DNA of 63,063 nucleotides, filler included, from Intoshia linei (taxonomy: Eukaryota > Animalia > Orthonectida): the NCBI GenBank assembly GCA_001642005.1. It is 4 parts of 4 records of this genome, joined end to end, with 100 filler letters (N's around TTAATTAATTAA, not from the genome) between each part and the next. Parts side by side here need not be neighbours in the genome. Positions count along the whole stretch, not along the records: positions 1 to 24,483 come from LWCA01000531.1; positions 24,584 to 49,752 come from LWCA01000502.1; 2 more parts are not named here. One strand, 5' to 3'. The notes under the pieces were generated by a model. The model was not told the DNA's origin. It was given only the letters and a program-made list of their open reading frames with translations, and searched no databases. A program made the translations under genes and the position numbers. This document shows, one piece after another, positions 21,901-36,500 of the stretch; the stretch's first letter is position 1, and each line of letters opens with the position of its first letter.

Positions 21901-24227
21901 TTATCATTATGAACATTATTATGCAATAAAATATTATGACCTAGTTTACGGTATTTTTAATAAAAAAATATGCCTAAAATGGTAAATTAATTGAAATTTA
22001 TGAATCATGATTAGTAACGCTTCTGGATGAAAAAGTGAATTGATTTTTACTAACATAAAATGTTAAGTAAATAAGTGTAAAAATAAAATTATTTCACATT
22101 TTTTAAATGACTGTCAATGTGTGTCAATGACTATCATGTTGCCAGAAAAAAAATTATTATAAATTATGAAATTTTGTTAAAAAATACTTATTTTCATCTA
22201 AATAGAATTCCTTTATAGAAAATACAAGTAAATACAACCCTAATAATACTGTAAAGCCGCATGCGGCTAAACAAACATTTATATTGGACTAGTAATGCAT
22301 ACTAATTTTTAAATGTATAATGTACTCTATAGTATTTATTTCTTACTATTTATATAATATTATTTTACCTTAACACCTTTTTGAGGTGTAAAATCTGTAC
22401 TTAAACAATGAATAGATATTGGTACCTAAAAAAATATTATTGATATTGCTTACATGAGTTATCACTCGGTTATGGAGATGGCTAAGAGTTATACGACGGG
22501 CCTACTATTCGAAATTTATATGTGATGTTGAAAAAATAGTTTGACATGCTGGCTTAAACCATAATGAGAAAACAATTTTTTGAATACGTTATAGGGCCTA
22601 CCATATTCATGTGACCCAAGCCCATTGTATACTCTCCACCACCCTGGGTTATCAATCTCTAATAAAAAAAATTCATAAAATTGGAATTTAGTGTAAATTC
22701 AATGTAAATATCCTAACTAAATTAAAAAGTCAGTTTCTTTCAACAAAAAAAAAATTATAATCTTCTTTTCAAATTATATAAAATAAAATATTTGAAAAAT
22801 GTGACACAATTTAAAATATCTATAATTTAAAGCAGAGGTGGGGAAAGTGCGACCTTAAGGCCGCATACTTGCTTCTGAACAATTTGTATTATTTTTCATT
22901 TAAAATTATTTTATTTATTACATTATGTTACATTTACATATTATTATTACATATTACATATTACATTACACAATGTGTAATACACATGTATATTATTTTA
23001 TACATTAATTTATTATATTGTTATTTATGTTAAAATATTGGTAATAGTGGTTTTTTCCTTGATGGTTGGTAAAATTTTGTTTTTTCTCATAAAATTTAAC
23101 TAGTTAAAAAAATATGATAAAAATTTATAATTCACCCCCTTATAGAATTATTCACCCCCATGAGAAGCACTACTGTATTTGATTAAATTTATTTTAAATT
23201 AAATTTACTGTATTTAATTTATAAAGGTGCGGCCACGGGATCGGCTCGGGACGTTAGTGCGACTTTCGAACAGTAAATGCTGCCCCACCTCTGATTTAAA
23301 GCATAAAGAATCTATTTACCATCCACATAAAGAAAATAAATTTTAACTAAGTTTAAAAAAAGAACTACTTGCAAGCATTTTTATTGAGAATTAAATTTAA
23401 CAATTTATTAGTTAATTAGTTATTTTAAAAGTGTATTTTTCAATTTACGATTGATTAAGCCTGATTTATTTGGATTTATATTTAAGTTTTGACACTATTG
23501 ATTAGATAAAAAATACTATAAAATCACCGAAACATATTTAGTCGAAATATTCCATTTAATTGATAATGAATTTAATGAAAGGTACTCGTACGCAATGGAA
23601 TCATTGTCTTTAACGTATCCTATTTTATTTTATAAAATTTATCAATAAACTTTAAAAAAATTTAATTTCAGAATATATTACCTATATTAATGATTCGGCG
23701 TGGTTTTTTTTCTTGTCTTGCCAACCAAAACTCCCACATACTCAATTCTTCTTGTAATTCGTATTCTTCTCGAAAGGTTATAATAATGAGAGACTAATTT
23801 ATATTAAATAATTTCACATTTTATTAAATTTACAGTAATGGTTGTATTCAATTCCAATTTCTCTATTGCTGTGGATAGTGGATTCATCATTATTTTTAAC
23901 ATATAATATTGACCTAAACTTTTGTAAATGTCGTTTGTCAGTCAGATTAATCGGCCAATGATTACACATGTAGTCATTCCCAATCAACCCATTTCTACTA
24001 TTTTTTAATTTAAATTTAAAATCTAGCGAGCATTTTTCATTTGAACTAAGTTTATAGTTGTACTGTTGTGTCTTCACGGCTCTGGTCGTCATATATAATG
24101 TAAAAATAACATACCCCTATTAATGTATGTTAGTCTATCCGAAGTTATGTCTTGCATGGAGGAAATTTGTTCCTGTAAAATTATTATAAAAGCTTCGTCT
24201 TTATTTTCAATTTCAAACGTTTCCAGA
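12950..24227 (-). CDS. grh: Grainyhead/GRHL transcription factor (CP2 DNA-binding domain plus C-terminal dimerisation domain), 5' end unresolved near the gap
   Basis: Exons give DRLTYINRG|QYY, ITFREEYELQEELSMWEFWLARQ..RIINI (~23680-23790), IHCLSTDFTPQKGVK (~22367-22426), GVPLHIQVDSY...FHSAFSQIKVFRDK (~21797-21894), GAGRKMRDEKKK (~21345-21414) and C-terminal LIYIKLNDDYMHYPLLVKPATRKNLIFQISMKF...GLHVEISDDLI (13522-12950). Confidence 0.93.
15342..15977 (+). pseudogene. Nested antisense exon-structured gene remnant inside a grainyhead intron
   Basis: Three coding-like blocks separated by short AT-rich gaps. The first two carry in-frame stops. The last exon WEERSMDFDDMDSELMNDSQILYTDDAEPSIYEDERQDM...QDQ* is open and acidic. 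Confidence 0.4.
17120..18123. mobile_element. Two Helitron 5' fragments fused tail-to-tail (fold-back)
   Basis: Both outer ends read TCCT(T)-ACTTATATA followed by a (GT)n tract, in opposite orientations. Inverted arms meet at ~17677. Confidence 0.75.
19955..20095. mobile_element. Tc1-like MITE
   Basis: ta-cagtggccagaaaaatacgtactatcactttt with the inverted aaaagtgatagtacgtattttt. The same left end recurs at ~15191 and ~57065. Confidence 0.7.
20480..20920 (-). mobile_element. Non-autonomous Helitron copy
   Basis: High similarity to 17678-18123, 27540-27820, 44750-45244 and the reverse complement of 48312-48780. Confidence 0.75.
22833..23293. mobile_element. hAT MITE
   Basis: TIR cagaggtgggg / ccccacctctg; perfect 8-bp TSD atttaaag on both sides. 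Confidence 0.92.
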
Positions 24228-24483
24228 CTAAAAATATTTTACATATAAAAACATAAACTCGATTATGATGATAAATCATGGGGTTATATCAAACTAAATC
24301 ATCAGGGTAATTATATGAAAGTCTTATTTCAGTGTACACTGTACACTGTAAATTAGGATATCCACTTTTTTTTATTCGAAAGACCCATTATGCACGTGGT
24401 TCCCAATTGGACGTATTCAATACAATATTCTTACTTATATAATATGCTACGCAATATTTGTTTGTGTGTGTTCCACTTTATTG

Positions 24484-24583
24484 NNNNNNNNNNNNNNNNN
24501 NNNNNNNNNNNNNNNNNNNNNNNNNNNTTAATTAATTAANNNNNNNNNNNNNNNNNNNNNNNNNNNNNNNNNNNNNNNNNNNN
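24484..24583. other. Assembly spacer
   Basis: N44-TTAATTAATTAA-N44, 100 nt, with stops in all six frames. Confidence 0.98.
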
Positions 24584-27500
24584 GAAAACGAACATGATAG
24601 TACGACTAAAAAAGTAAGCTACATCTGTGAAGATGAATACAATGAAGATAGAATCGCTAATATAAATGATATTGAAGGTAAAAGTGATGACGAAGTTGAT
24701 ATATCTATTGAAAAAATATTAATAACTGAATCGCTTACTAGTGTAAATAAAAGATGTAATATTCAATTAAAAAGTGTTGAATTTGCAAATTTAGTAGAAA
24801 AGGAACCTCCTGTAAAAAGAATCAGTGATGTAAACTTAATGTTTGATACAGATGAATTTATTAAAAGAAAAAATATTTATCAATATGATAATAGTGTGAA
24901 TCCCATTATAAAGGACTCGAATAAATTGCTCTTCATCAAATCAAATGAGAATTTAATTGATACAATAAAACCAACAGATGAAATGGAAAGTGTATTATTA
25001 AATTTTCAACTCAATGAAAATAAAATTTCGAGTCAGAACAATATCGATGAATCACAAGTTTTTGTACAGAAAATTAGTGGACAAAGCAGTAATGATAGCA
25101 GTGAAATATTAATACAAACCAGAAAAACATCTAATAATACCGATATGATCTTACCGACTAAACCATATGAGACAAGTAATTTTCTTAATTATTATATACA
25201 AATGTTAAAAAAATTTAATATGGTTACACACTCATACATACATGCCTCGTTTTTGACAAATTTTACTATATACAATATAATATATACGTATAAGTAAGGA
25301 TTAAATGTAGACAAATTTGTTTATGTTGTGGTCGTATATTTAAGTAATTATTAACGGCCTATTATTATAATACTTATTGTACACAATCATATAGTGTCAA
25401 TTTATTTACAACGATCACCGTAGACAATTTACAGTAAATTTTCAATTAAATTGTCCATTTAATTGACAATGGTGGCCTAGTCCTTACACGGGACTTTAGA
25501 TACATACCATGTTTATGTTTCAAATCAAGTTTAAAGTGGAATGAGCCTATTATTTTATATGGTCAAAGGGTACATTACGAATCATACGTTTCAACGTGGA
25601 TATAAATTAAAAGTGAACGCTTGACAAATCAAATTAAATATTTTATTAGGGCACCAACGATTATTAACATCCAACACAAAAAGAATATTTTCCATTAGAA
25701 AATTCAACCATGGCCACAGAATACAATCGGAAACGACATTAAATCCAAAAGCAAACTCTGTATCTCTAAATTTCATTAATAATGGTATACCAAAAAAGCA
25801 TCAACCTAATCTTACAAATTTGAAATATATTGTTGTTGAAATTTATGAAACTGAAAAAAATTATTATGACGCGATATCAAATTTTTATAAACTTTTACAC
25901 TCGACATTTCCTGGTAGTATTAATAGCCTCGCTGTAATTACAACGTCCTTGAATGATATTATAAGGTTTTTATTTGTAATATTTAAGGTTTTTTTATTTA
26001 TATTATGAACATTAGCTTAAACTTTATTAATTGTTTATAATACATGGATAATCATACACGAATAAACTTCATGAATAATCTTAATCTATACAGTATTATT
26101 ATCCCTTTTTTAAGTGATTCAAGTATTATTTATTTATGAAATGAAATCATTATGGGAACAATTATTGAAAAGTTGGGACGACTAGATATTTTTATATCAA
26201 TCATTTAGACCAAAGATTCACAACCTTTTTTGAACTATTGCCCCTAAATGAAAAAAATTTATCATGGGTTCCTTAATAATTAAAAACTAGCAAAAAATGT
26301 TTAAACTAATAGTACTTAACAAACTACTAAAACTTAATAAAACTACTAATAATAAAATAAATCACCCCCCCCCCCTCAATATTAAAAAATCGGCCAAAAT
26401 GGTCAATATGGCTCAGGTTGAGAATCCCTGATTTAGACAGAAATACTGAATTTTAATGATGGGTGGTGAATCAGTGTCTTACTACAGTATAATGATGACT
26501 AGTTCTGTCTAGGTCTAGAAGAGGGACTAGAAACATATGAATTGTCCGATCATAAGGGAATATTATTTTTGCGTTTGATATGTGTGAAAATATGAAAAAC
26601 AAATTAAAAATGTTTGAAGAGGAGATAATTTATTATAATTTGATAATAATTAATATGGAGATCCATTTTTTTACTCAAGCTAAAAAATTGAAACCACAAG
26701 GATTAAACAAGGGATAGAGAAACCAAAAATTTTTAATAATAGGGTCCACTGATTGCTCCTCCTTTTCCAGTAACTTGACGACCCTGATTGCGTCATGTGT
26801 CGTATAAACACATTTTTAAAAGAATTTAAGATTATTTGGACTGAATATTCAGCCCTCATAACATTAGCAATTTTATTTAAAATAGGAACATTAGTGAAAT
26901 ATTGTGGAAATTGATAAATCATAATACTGACTTTAGTTGATTATTTTATTATTTATCCGAAGGGTCGTGGGATGTTGTTACAACATATTAAGTATTTACA
27001 TTTTCGACAAGACAAATAGCCCACCAACTGCTTAAATTCCCAAACATTGTTGGATCAGGATTATTTAGACTACTTTACAAGTACCAATTACTATGTTGAA
27101 TTTTAAGTATATCATTTATACGAATAATACGTATAAAATCTATAAATAATATCTTATATTATTCAATAATTATCCACTCAAATAAACCTTTTTGTTAGAT
27201 GCAGTAAAGAAATACTCGAATTTTTTCGACAATATCAATATGAAGAATATGCAAATTTAAAAGAAGAGTCATATTTCCCAATAGGTTTTTTTATAGTCGT
27301 TATTTTTTAGCTGGTTTTATTAGTCCAAACCAGCGGTTCCCAAATGGGGTACAGTGATCCCTTGGGTCTCAGAATTATTTTGGCGTGTTAGCTCGTCTGA
27401 TATTAAATTTAATTAACAAATTATTGACAGAACCAGCTATGACTATTAAATTATAAATATTTTGTAAATTAATTCCAAAAGTAATTGAAAATAAAAATTA

Positions 27501-30500
27501 ATTTGTAATAATTACTTAGTTCCTTATGTATTTATGTATTACCTGAAGATATAATTTTTTTAAATTTAAATTTATGATTTTAAAATCCGTATCAGCGTAT
27601 ATATTTTTTTAAGTTCTCCAACTCGTTTGATTTTCAAAAAAATGACAATTAGAGTTTTTGACCAGTAAGATGTGAGTTTGGGAGTTTGAAATGTATCTTA
27701 TCATCACCCAGGAAAAAACTGTAATTGAAATGTGAACTTTATAAAATTCTAAGACTGGTAGTTATTGGAATAAAGTGGAACACACACACAAACAAATATT
27801 GCGTAGCATATTATATAAATAATGATATGTACGTCTCTATTTCGTCAGTTTTAATCAATAACGATTTTTCAGATATATTTTTTGAACAAATGAAGTTAAA
27901 TTTTTTTTTAATTAATAAGGTGTCATAGTTACACTAAATTTAGATTATTATGGGGTACGAAATTATTTTTTTTTAGATTAGGTGTATCAACTGTGAAGTA
28001 TGTTGGGAACCGTTGGTCTAAGAATGGAAGTAGGGATGACGATAGGTCTTTTAAAAATGGTTACGGAGACCCTTGCATATGACTAGATCTGGTTCTTTCT
28101 TGATACGTTATACGTTACGCTAAAAATACGTTATAAAAATAATTATTTACATGTTAAAATAAAAATAATAATTATATAGATTATAATTATAATCTATTGG
28201 GCAATTTACATTAATACATACATTTTTTTGTCTTACATCGTTATGTGTCACATTTGATTTATAATTATGATTTACTTAAATAATAAGATTTTAATTTTCC
28301 AGAAAATGAATTTTTGTTGTTTTTTTTAAGTCCTTGCTACTACATTTATTGAATAATTAATTTTTTATATTTTTATGTGAATTAAACTAAAAAAAATCAT
28401 ATGAAAAATTATATTTTAGCTCTATCTGAAATAAAAAATTATATGAATACAATTATTTGATTAATTCGTAATTAAGATGTTTAACTAAATTCTTAACTTT
28501 TTAAACTTGAAGTTAAGAAATTATTTTTTCGTGAGTATAATGTATATTATATAATATCCACAGAATCAAAAATCACTACATATGTAGATTTTAAAATAAG
28601 GCTTATCAAAATCATACGGTTTCTTGTCTTGAAATAATATACAGTATTCTATCTACTATATCTATATAGTATATTTTGCCATTCTTGGGATTTAGAAAAA
28701 GTTGGCGAGATAATAAATTTAAAAATATAGAATCCGTAGTTAAATTTTTAAATTAAAGGTTAAATTGCAATGAAATGTAAATTTTAACACAAATTGTAAA
28801 ATTTAATATAAAATAACGTAACTTATGTTGAAAAACGTTTTTAAAACTATTAGTTTATATTTTAAATTAATGAGTTATATAATTGGCGAGTTATAGAATT
28901 GGCAAGTTGCGAGAGAATAAATATACTGTAGTCCGTTTTTATATATAACTAATTTACAATTAAATCTGTTACCTTTAAACTTTAGAGTCTAAAGTTGTGA
29001 TGCAATACATTATTAATGTATTAATAAAAATATAATATTTTCACATAAAAAACTACAAAATGGCCAACATTGATTATTAATTACTTATTATTAAATATTA
29101 ATTACATTAATTATTCAAGAGATTAAGCCTTAAAGGTTCATATTATATAATAATAGTTATAATTATTAAAATTTAAAAGCTAAGAATCCCCTGGGTGTAT
29201 TGAATCAAATTACAATAAATTAAAAACATTCAATTTTTAAATTTAGACAAAATTTTGAAAGATTCATTGGATTCTATAAATAAAGCGTATAGTTATTATG
29301 TACCAAACTACACAAATATTGAGACTCGAATAAAAAAGGTAACAGAATAATTATTTAATGTAATGTACAATGTACATTGATTATCCATTATCTGTGCATG
29401 ATGATTGATTATGGCATTTAATCCATCTGTCAATGTTTGTCACACATTTTTCGTCTCAAAAACCTTTTTAAATAAATTATAATTTACATTTTATGAATGT
29501 TTTTTTCACAATCATTAACTATTTACTATTTCTATAATGATAATAATGGTAATCCCGATAAAATAATGTTCATGTTATATTTCATATTTACCCATTAGTT
29601 TTATTTTAATATTTATTGGTTATTAATTAATCAATTACGTAGTTTATTGACAAAGTTGCTGAAAGTGATAAAGAAAAATGGGCCACATTTATAAAACAAA
29701 TCGAGACACAAAAAATTGGGTTTAGCATAAATGAAATATTGATGAAACCCTTCCAAAGGATTATAAAATATCCTTTATTTATAAAAACTATAGTCAAGGT
29801 ACATAATATATACCTGTATTTAAATATATAGTAAGTATGACATATCAAGTTATTTTAATTTAAATATATTATATATTAGTGTGTGTAGTAACAGTATTAA
29901 ACAAATTTAATAAACACAAAAATAATTTTTCTATGATATTGCAAATGTAGGGTGCCTTGTTGTAAATGATGCTCAGAGAGAGAATTAATGAAATATAACA
30001 AAGCCGAGATACTCTCAAAAACCGAAATATAAATACAAAAACTAGTTTAAATAATGCATTTGTATTAATGAATTATTTTTGTATGTAATAATAGCTAAAA
30101 AATTAATAAAAATACATAAATAATGTGCCATTTTCAATAACAATTGGCTTTTTGATTTTATTGACCTCCACTTGTTAATAATAATTTTTTAACAAATTTG
30201 ACACCCTAATGTACGCATATTAGGTCAGAGCCGAACCTGCCAAACTCGAGGCCACCCGAAAATAAAAAATATGTCTCTAAAAAATGTGCACAAACGATAC
30301 GTAATGTCAATTAGCCCTACTAGGAGCCCCTAGCCACTTGTCCAAGCTCCTTCGCTTGCAATTTTACATTAATACACATGTAACACAAAAATAGTTATGA
30401 TATTAAATAATATAATGTTTTAAATGGATTGAATTTGGAAGTTTGGAAAAATAAGGCCCCATTCTACAAAATTTTCGTCGAGGTTCTTGACGATAGTCTC

Positions 30501-33500
30501 GGTTACGGTAGGTTCGGCACTACTACTTACAATTTATGTGAATAAACATTAAGTATATTTTTAAAAACCTTTATAAAAGTATATAGGAATATAATATTGG
30601 TAACGAATATTACAAAACATTTTGCTATTTACAAGCGGAATACGAAAGCTTTATGAAAAATATTAACGAAAAGACGAAATCTGTTGAATATTGTAATTTT
30701 ATGAGTGTTTTGTAATGTTTTTAATTGTATTTCTAGTTAGGAGACTACTTAATTCAGTAAAACAAGAAAATGTATTGCTTAAAACAAACCCATTTTTAAC
30801 CAAACGAAACTATCTGTCCAAGTTGAGTAAAGGAACCATAAATTTAATAAACTCAGTGGTAGGTTTTCAATTTATATTTGCTATTTAATGTGTAATATAC
30901 ATTGTTAGATATTAATATTAAGATATTACATTCTTATTCAATTTAGTCAACTGTAGAAGATTATTACAATAATAATGCGAAATTTTATGAAGTGGTTGAT
31001 TTGGTAGCCAATTATTCTTCCCATATTAATAATGTTTTGACTTCATTGCATGTAAAAGTATCATTTGTGGTTGTAATATTTTTAATAGAGTATTGGATAC
31101 TTTTTTGTAAACTTGTGGCTTGAACTCATCAATATATCAATTGAAACAACAAAGCAAAACAATGCTAATGATGTTTCTAATAAAAAACAGCTTTGTTCAG
31201 TTTGCTCGGTTATAGTTGGAAAATCTTATAGTAAATTGGTTATTATTTTACATTTAATTAGTTACAAATATATAATTTAAATACAATAAATTCAGCAAAT
31301 CTTAAAGTTTGGTTCGTATAACTATTTACCCGTTCCCAAGAATATGTAAAAAATGTTAAAATTAATTTATGACATGTTTTCTATAAATAAATCTAAAGTT
31401 AAACGTAAGCTACCAGTTTTACCGATTCCTCAAGGTATTGTTAGCATTTTAGAGTCATGGAGAATGTCGGTGGGACCAAACCAGATAAAAAAGCTTTTGC
31501 TTCTATCTATTGCAATACAATTGTTTAATCCAACAACTCTCAGTTTTTTTCAGTTTTACCCTGGTAGAGTAAAACAGTTAAAAGACTAAATAGTAAATAC
31601 GAGTTTAATCACTTGTCTTATCAGAGTGTAGTGAACCCGTTCTGAAATGAACACAATAATATATTTTTAAATTTTTAAAGTATTGAAATATTAATTCGTG
31701 GGTTGAAACACTTTTCCCTATAATATAAATAATGTAGCGTATAATATACATATTATTTCTGCATTACCATTTATTATTATTATTATCAATAAATAGAGTA
31801 CATTAATATACATTATATTATAATTATATACTTTTATTGATTCCCTTCTTTTATTTTGCATTTAATTTAAAAATATTAGAAACATGAAATATCATTATTA
31901 GTTCTCAAACCTTTAAAACGACTTCAAAATATATTAAAAGGAACAAAAGTGTAATTTTTAACTGATTTTTAAATTATTTTTATAGTATTTTATAAACTGA
32001 TATTATGGATATATCCATTATTAATAAAAATTTTTAGATTAATTATGAATAGAGATAGCTTAATTTTTAAAATTGAAGAAAATCCAACCAAAGTATATTT
32101 TAATTCGATATTTGTATTTTATATCAGTGTTTCTTAAATTTGGGTCCACGAATCCCTGGACGTCTGTAGAGTTTTTTAGGGGATCTGCGAAATATCTTGT
32201 ACTAATTATACATTATTCATGGAAGTGTTATAATAATGTTAACAATGTAATGTGTTTTTATTACTATGAATTTGATAATTCGCAGTGTTAGAGTTATAAT
32301 GTTCTATCTGCATTTTTGTCAAAAATGAGGTTTTTGATTAATAATGTTTTAAATCATATCTTTTACATTTTTACCAAAAAAATTAATCTTGAAAACGTAT
32401 TATTTGATGATATAACGAACATTTACTGGTTCAATTACTAAATCTCGACTTGATAATTCCTACAAAATTATCGAATTCCTATTAAAAATATCCTCACATA
32501 TTCTAAAAGGAAAAATATTAAAAGTATGTTAATCAAAATGGACAATGAGTAAAGAATTTTATAATTTAAACATTTATATTGATAAAAATGTTAAATGTTA
32601 ACAGTTTCTATAGAATAATGTTCTATTTGCAATTTTTTCAAATCAAATAGTTAGACAAATTATTCCATTAGTGAAATTTAAGTTATTAAAAACCCTTATG
32701 TTTTTATTTTTATCATACGAAACTTTTCAATATACTTTAACAAATATTAAAAAACTATGTATATGCAGATAGAACATTATAACTCTAACATGTGAATTAT
32801 CAAATTCTTCGTTTACAATGTAACTTTATATAAAGTTGTATAATATACATTGTATATTCCCGTTTATTTTTTAAATAATTATTACATAAACATTAAATAT
32901 TAGTAGAATTTTTGAAAGACAGATACTAACACACTTTTTTCCAGTAAGTTTAATCATAAAATTAATTCTGATAAATTCGATTCTTCATGGTTACCATGGA
33001 ACCAAATTACCATTTTTTACCCAACCTCCGTAATACATATTGTATAAGAAAAAGACAATAGTTTTTATTTAAGGTGGTCTTGAGTATGGTAAGTTGCACC
33101 AACTAGATTAGGACCGAACCGTTAGGACGGATGTGATCGATGATACAATTTTTAACGGAGAATTCAAAAATGTGTTGCAATCTCACAGATTCGCCTCTTC
33201 TCATTTTATCGTTATCAAATCTTTATTTAATTGAGTGATTTTGAATTTTTTTAATAAATTGGATAATATAACGTTGGAAAATAAATAACTTACCACTATT
33301 AGATCCATTCATATGCAAGGGTCTCCGTAACCATGTCTAAAATAGTAAGGTAGATGGAGTTATAAGTTTAAGCAACAGTTTTATATGTATTCAAATATAT
33401 AGTAATCTAGACTAAATTTATAATATAGGAAAAAAATCTAACAAAATTTAAAGCAATACATGCTGCATTGTGTAACGAATTGAACAATTTATTGTTAATA

Positions 33501-36500
33501 TCAGCTAAAATTGTTTATTCGTGTGAAAACAAGTATATTTCCTCAATTAAAAAATATTGTACTCAAATTTCTCAATCACTACAAAAGGTAGCAACTGTAA
33601 TTATTTATTGATTAAATATTGAAATTTATGATTTTTAGGTGTATATAGATGAAGCCCCCAAAGATACCCAAGAAATAGAATTTAAATTTTACCAAAATTT
33701 TAAATTCATTACTACAAATTATAAATATATTCCACCCATATTTCATTCAGATTATAATACTAAAGATGTCATGCCTTTGACGGTAATTTTTTTATATTTA
33801 TTATTATTATTGAAATATTGATATTACATGTACAGTAATACCTCTATTAACGAACTCCCGCGCTAACGAAATTCTACGCTAATAAACAAATTAAAAAACA
33901 CAAAAAGATAAAAAAATGGGCTTCAAGAAAAAGAAAATAATCCAGTTGAAACTCCTGTTTATTTATTCACTCTAAAAAGGCTCTAAGAAGCGTTTGAAAG
34001 TGTAAAAAATGCGTGAATATTTTCGAATCTCAAGATTCTAATTTCGAACCAATTAGAAAAGTTACAGCAGATTTTAACAAATCAATTGCTTGCTATCGTG
34101 AAATCTATAATGACAAGAAAAAAAGTTATTTTAGGCAAAAAACTATTGATGAGTTTTTTATAAAGAAAAAAGATGCAATACCTACCTTATCTACTTCAAA
34201 GGAACCGAATGCAAACTAATTTGTATTTTTATTATGCTTTACTGGTGTTTCTATGATGTATTAAATATATATATTATTGTTTTATTATCTTTATTTAACA
34301 ACTATCAATATTATACACATTATAAAATCATATCAGCGAAAACGTAACCACCGTTTTTACATTGTGTCAATATAAATTAAACTCCCGCTTAACGAACAAG
34401 TATTCGGAACGAATTGGTTCGTTATAGTGAAGTATTACTGTACATTGCACCATATATGTAAGATCATGTTGAAAATTCAAATAACTGAAACCATTCCGAA
34501 AAGTAGCCAATTTCTGACAAAATTTGTCTCTTTTAACATTTATGCAGTTCAGATAACTATTTGAATATTATTATTTTTTTAAATTTTTATTTGGGATAAT
34601 TTTTTTTACACTTAAACACAAATATTGGATGAGTTGAATTGAATACTGATGTATACATTATATAATGATTTCATTTCTTGAAAAAATAATTATAAATTTT
34701 AAATATTATTTGGATAGGACATGGAAAACAAATATGGAAGAGAAAACTTGTACAAAGGTAAATATTAGAGATAGTATTTTCACGGGAATTATTCTCAGTT
34801 AATTATTTGCAATAGTCATTATATGCAGGTATAATATTGTATACCTAATCTCAAATTGTGCGATATCGCCTGCAATGAAGGTTTAAAATTTTCGATGTAT
34901 TCTTCTAAAGAAACCAAAAAAGGTGGGATCACAGTATTTGATGGGAAATATATATTTAACCACTAGCTTGACTGTGCCGATGGCGATTTTTTTAATTCGA
35001 CTAAAAAAATAAATTAAATAAGAAAATCTAACTTAAAAATGCTACTATTCACTATTAATCCATTCCATTAAAGGAGTGGTTCCTAAACTTGTTTTACCAT
35101 TGACTTATCATTTCACATAATTGTAATTTAAAGTGAATTATTCCCACTTAATTTTAATTGGGTTTTGGCAAATTGGTTTTTGATTGACAAAAAATCAATT
35201 TAGGAAAATGAAACTTAGTTATAAACATCACCCGCGAAAAATTATTTAAATAAACGCAGCACACACGCAGATATTTAATGGTAAGTAAATGATTGTTGAT
35301 TGATTTAATCTGAAATAAAATTAATGCGTTATTTGATTTCAACATTAAGCACTTAATTTGTTTAATTTATTTAAAATAAATTTCTATAAAATCATTTGAA
35401 TTACTAAATAAAAATTAATTAAGTTTTTATCGTAAGTTATATGAATTCCTATAATGTAATTGTATTGCGTATACGATACTTATTATTTACTAAATTAGAG
35501 TCCTAGAATTTTAAAAAACAAATTCTAAGACTTTTTTTACTAATTGTTTTATAATAAATTTCAATTTCAGAAATTTGGATCTTCATGACTAAAAATGCAA
35601 GTTGCCATTTTATGACTGAATTTTTTGCAACTGTATCAAAATAAAAATATTAATTACATGAAGAAATGATTATATATCTATCATATGCATTTTAAAAAAA
35701 ATTTGTTTTTAACTATCATGAATATTTTGTGTGCATCACTTAAAGCGTCAAACCAGACCCGTTGATGGGTAGCTCAGACTATATGCCATTACGCATTTTT
35801 TGTGAAATAAGTTGTAGAGTCTATTTTGATTTTTTAATGGGGATCGAATATGGTAGGTTTTGCTTTGATCGATGATACACTTTTTTACTGAGAATTGAAA
35901 ATTTTGTTTCAATGTCAAAAATCAACCTGTTAGATTTTTATTGATTACGTCCAATGGTCCATTAATTGATTTAAATTTTTTCAAAATGCCCCGATAAACT
36001 TTGGTTCAAATATGAGTTCCGTGCAATTTTTACTATAATATTTTGCGTATATATTTAATAAAAAAGATTAATTATTGAAGATATATTATGTTAGAAATAT
36101 ACTATACAAATAGTATACAAATATTTTGCTTATAAGCATTGATGCTGTATAGAAGCCATTAATGTTAACGAATAAATAGTCGACTCGGGTTATTTACTAT
36201 ACGCATCGTTTCCACTACTGTCGTAATTAATATCTTAAATTATATTTAGTTAGTCGGAATAGCAACAAAAAAATTAACAATTTTCTCAAGCAATGGCTAT
36301 ATTTGGATTTCATAAACTCAGTTGTTAGTGTGATTCAAAAAGATCACGACTTATTCAAAACTGAAAATGTTGTTTTAATTTATGATGGAAGTATGCATTT
36401 GATATACTGATAATACAGCAGTCACCAAAAAAAATTTTAACACGGGACAGATAAGTTAAAAATATAAAAACGAGCTATATATTATATACCATTTCATTTT

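Noticed and set aside
23814-24092. 92-aa ORF as an independent gene
   Set aside because: Mostly grainyhead intron. The real exon (GQYYMLK...NTTIT) is in another frame.
24528-24539. TTAATTAATTAA palindrome inside the N runs, and ORF 61802-62002 running into X residues
   Set aside because: Assembly spacer, not biological sequence.
27725-27928. Short ORFs within repeats (also 17273-17467, 43784-44026, 55946-56143, 61384-61569, 9054-9254)
   Set aside because: They lie inside Helitron or hAT copies, and the frames are not preserved between copies.
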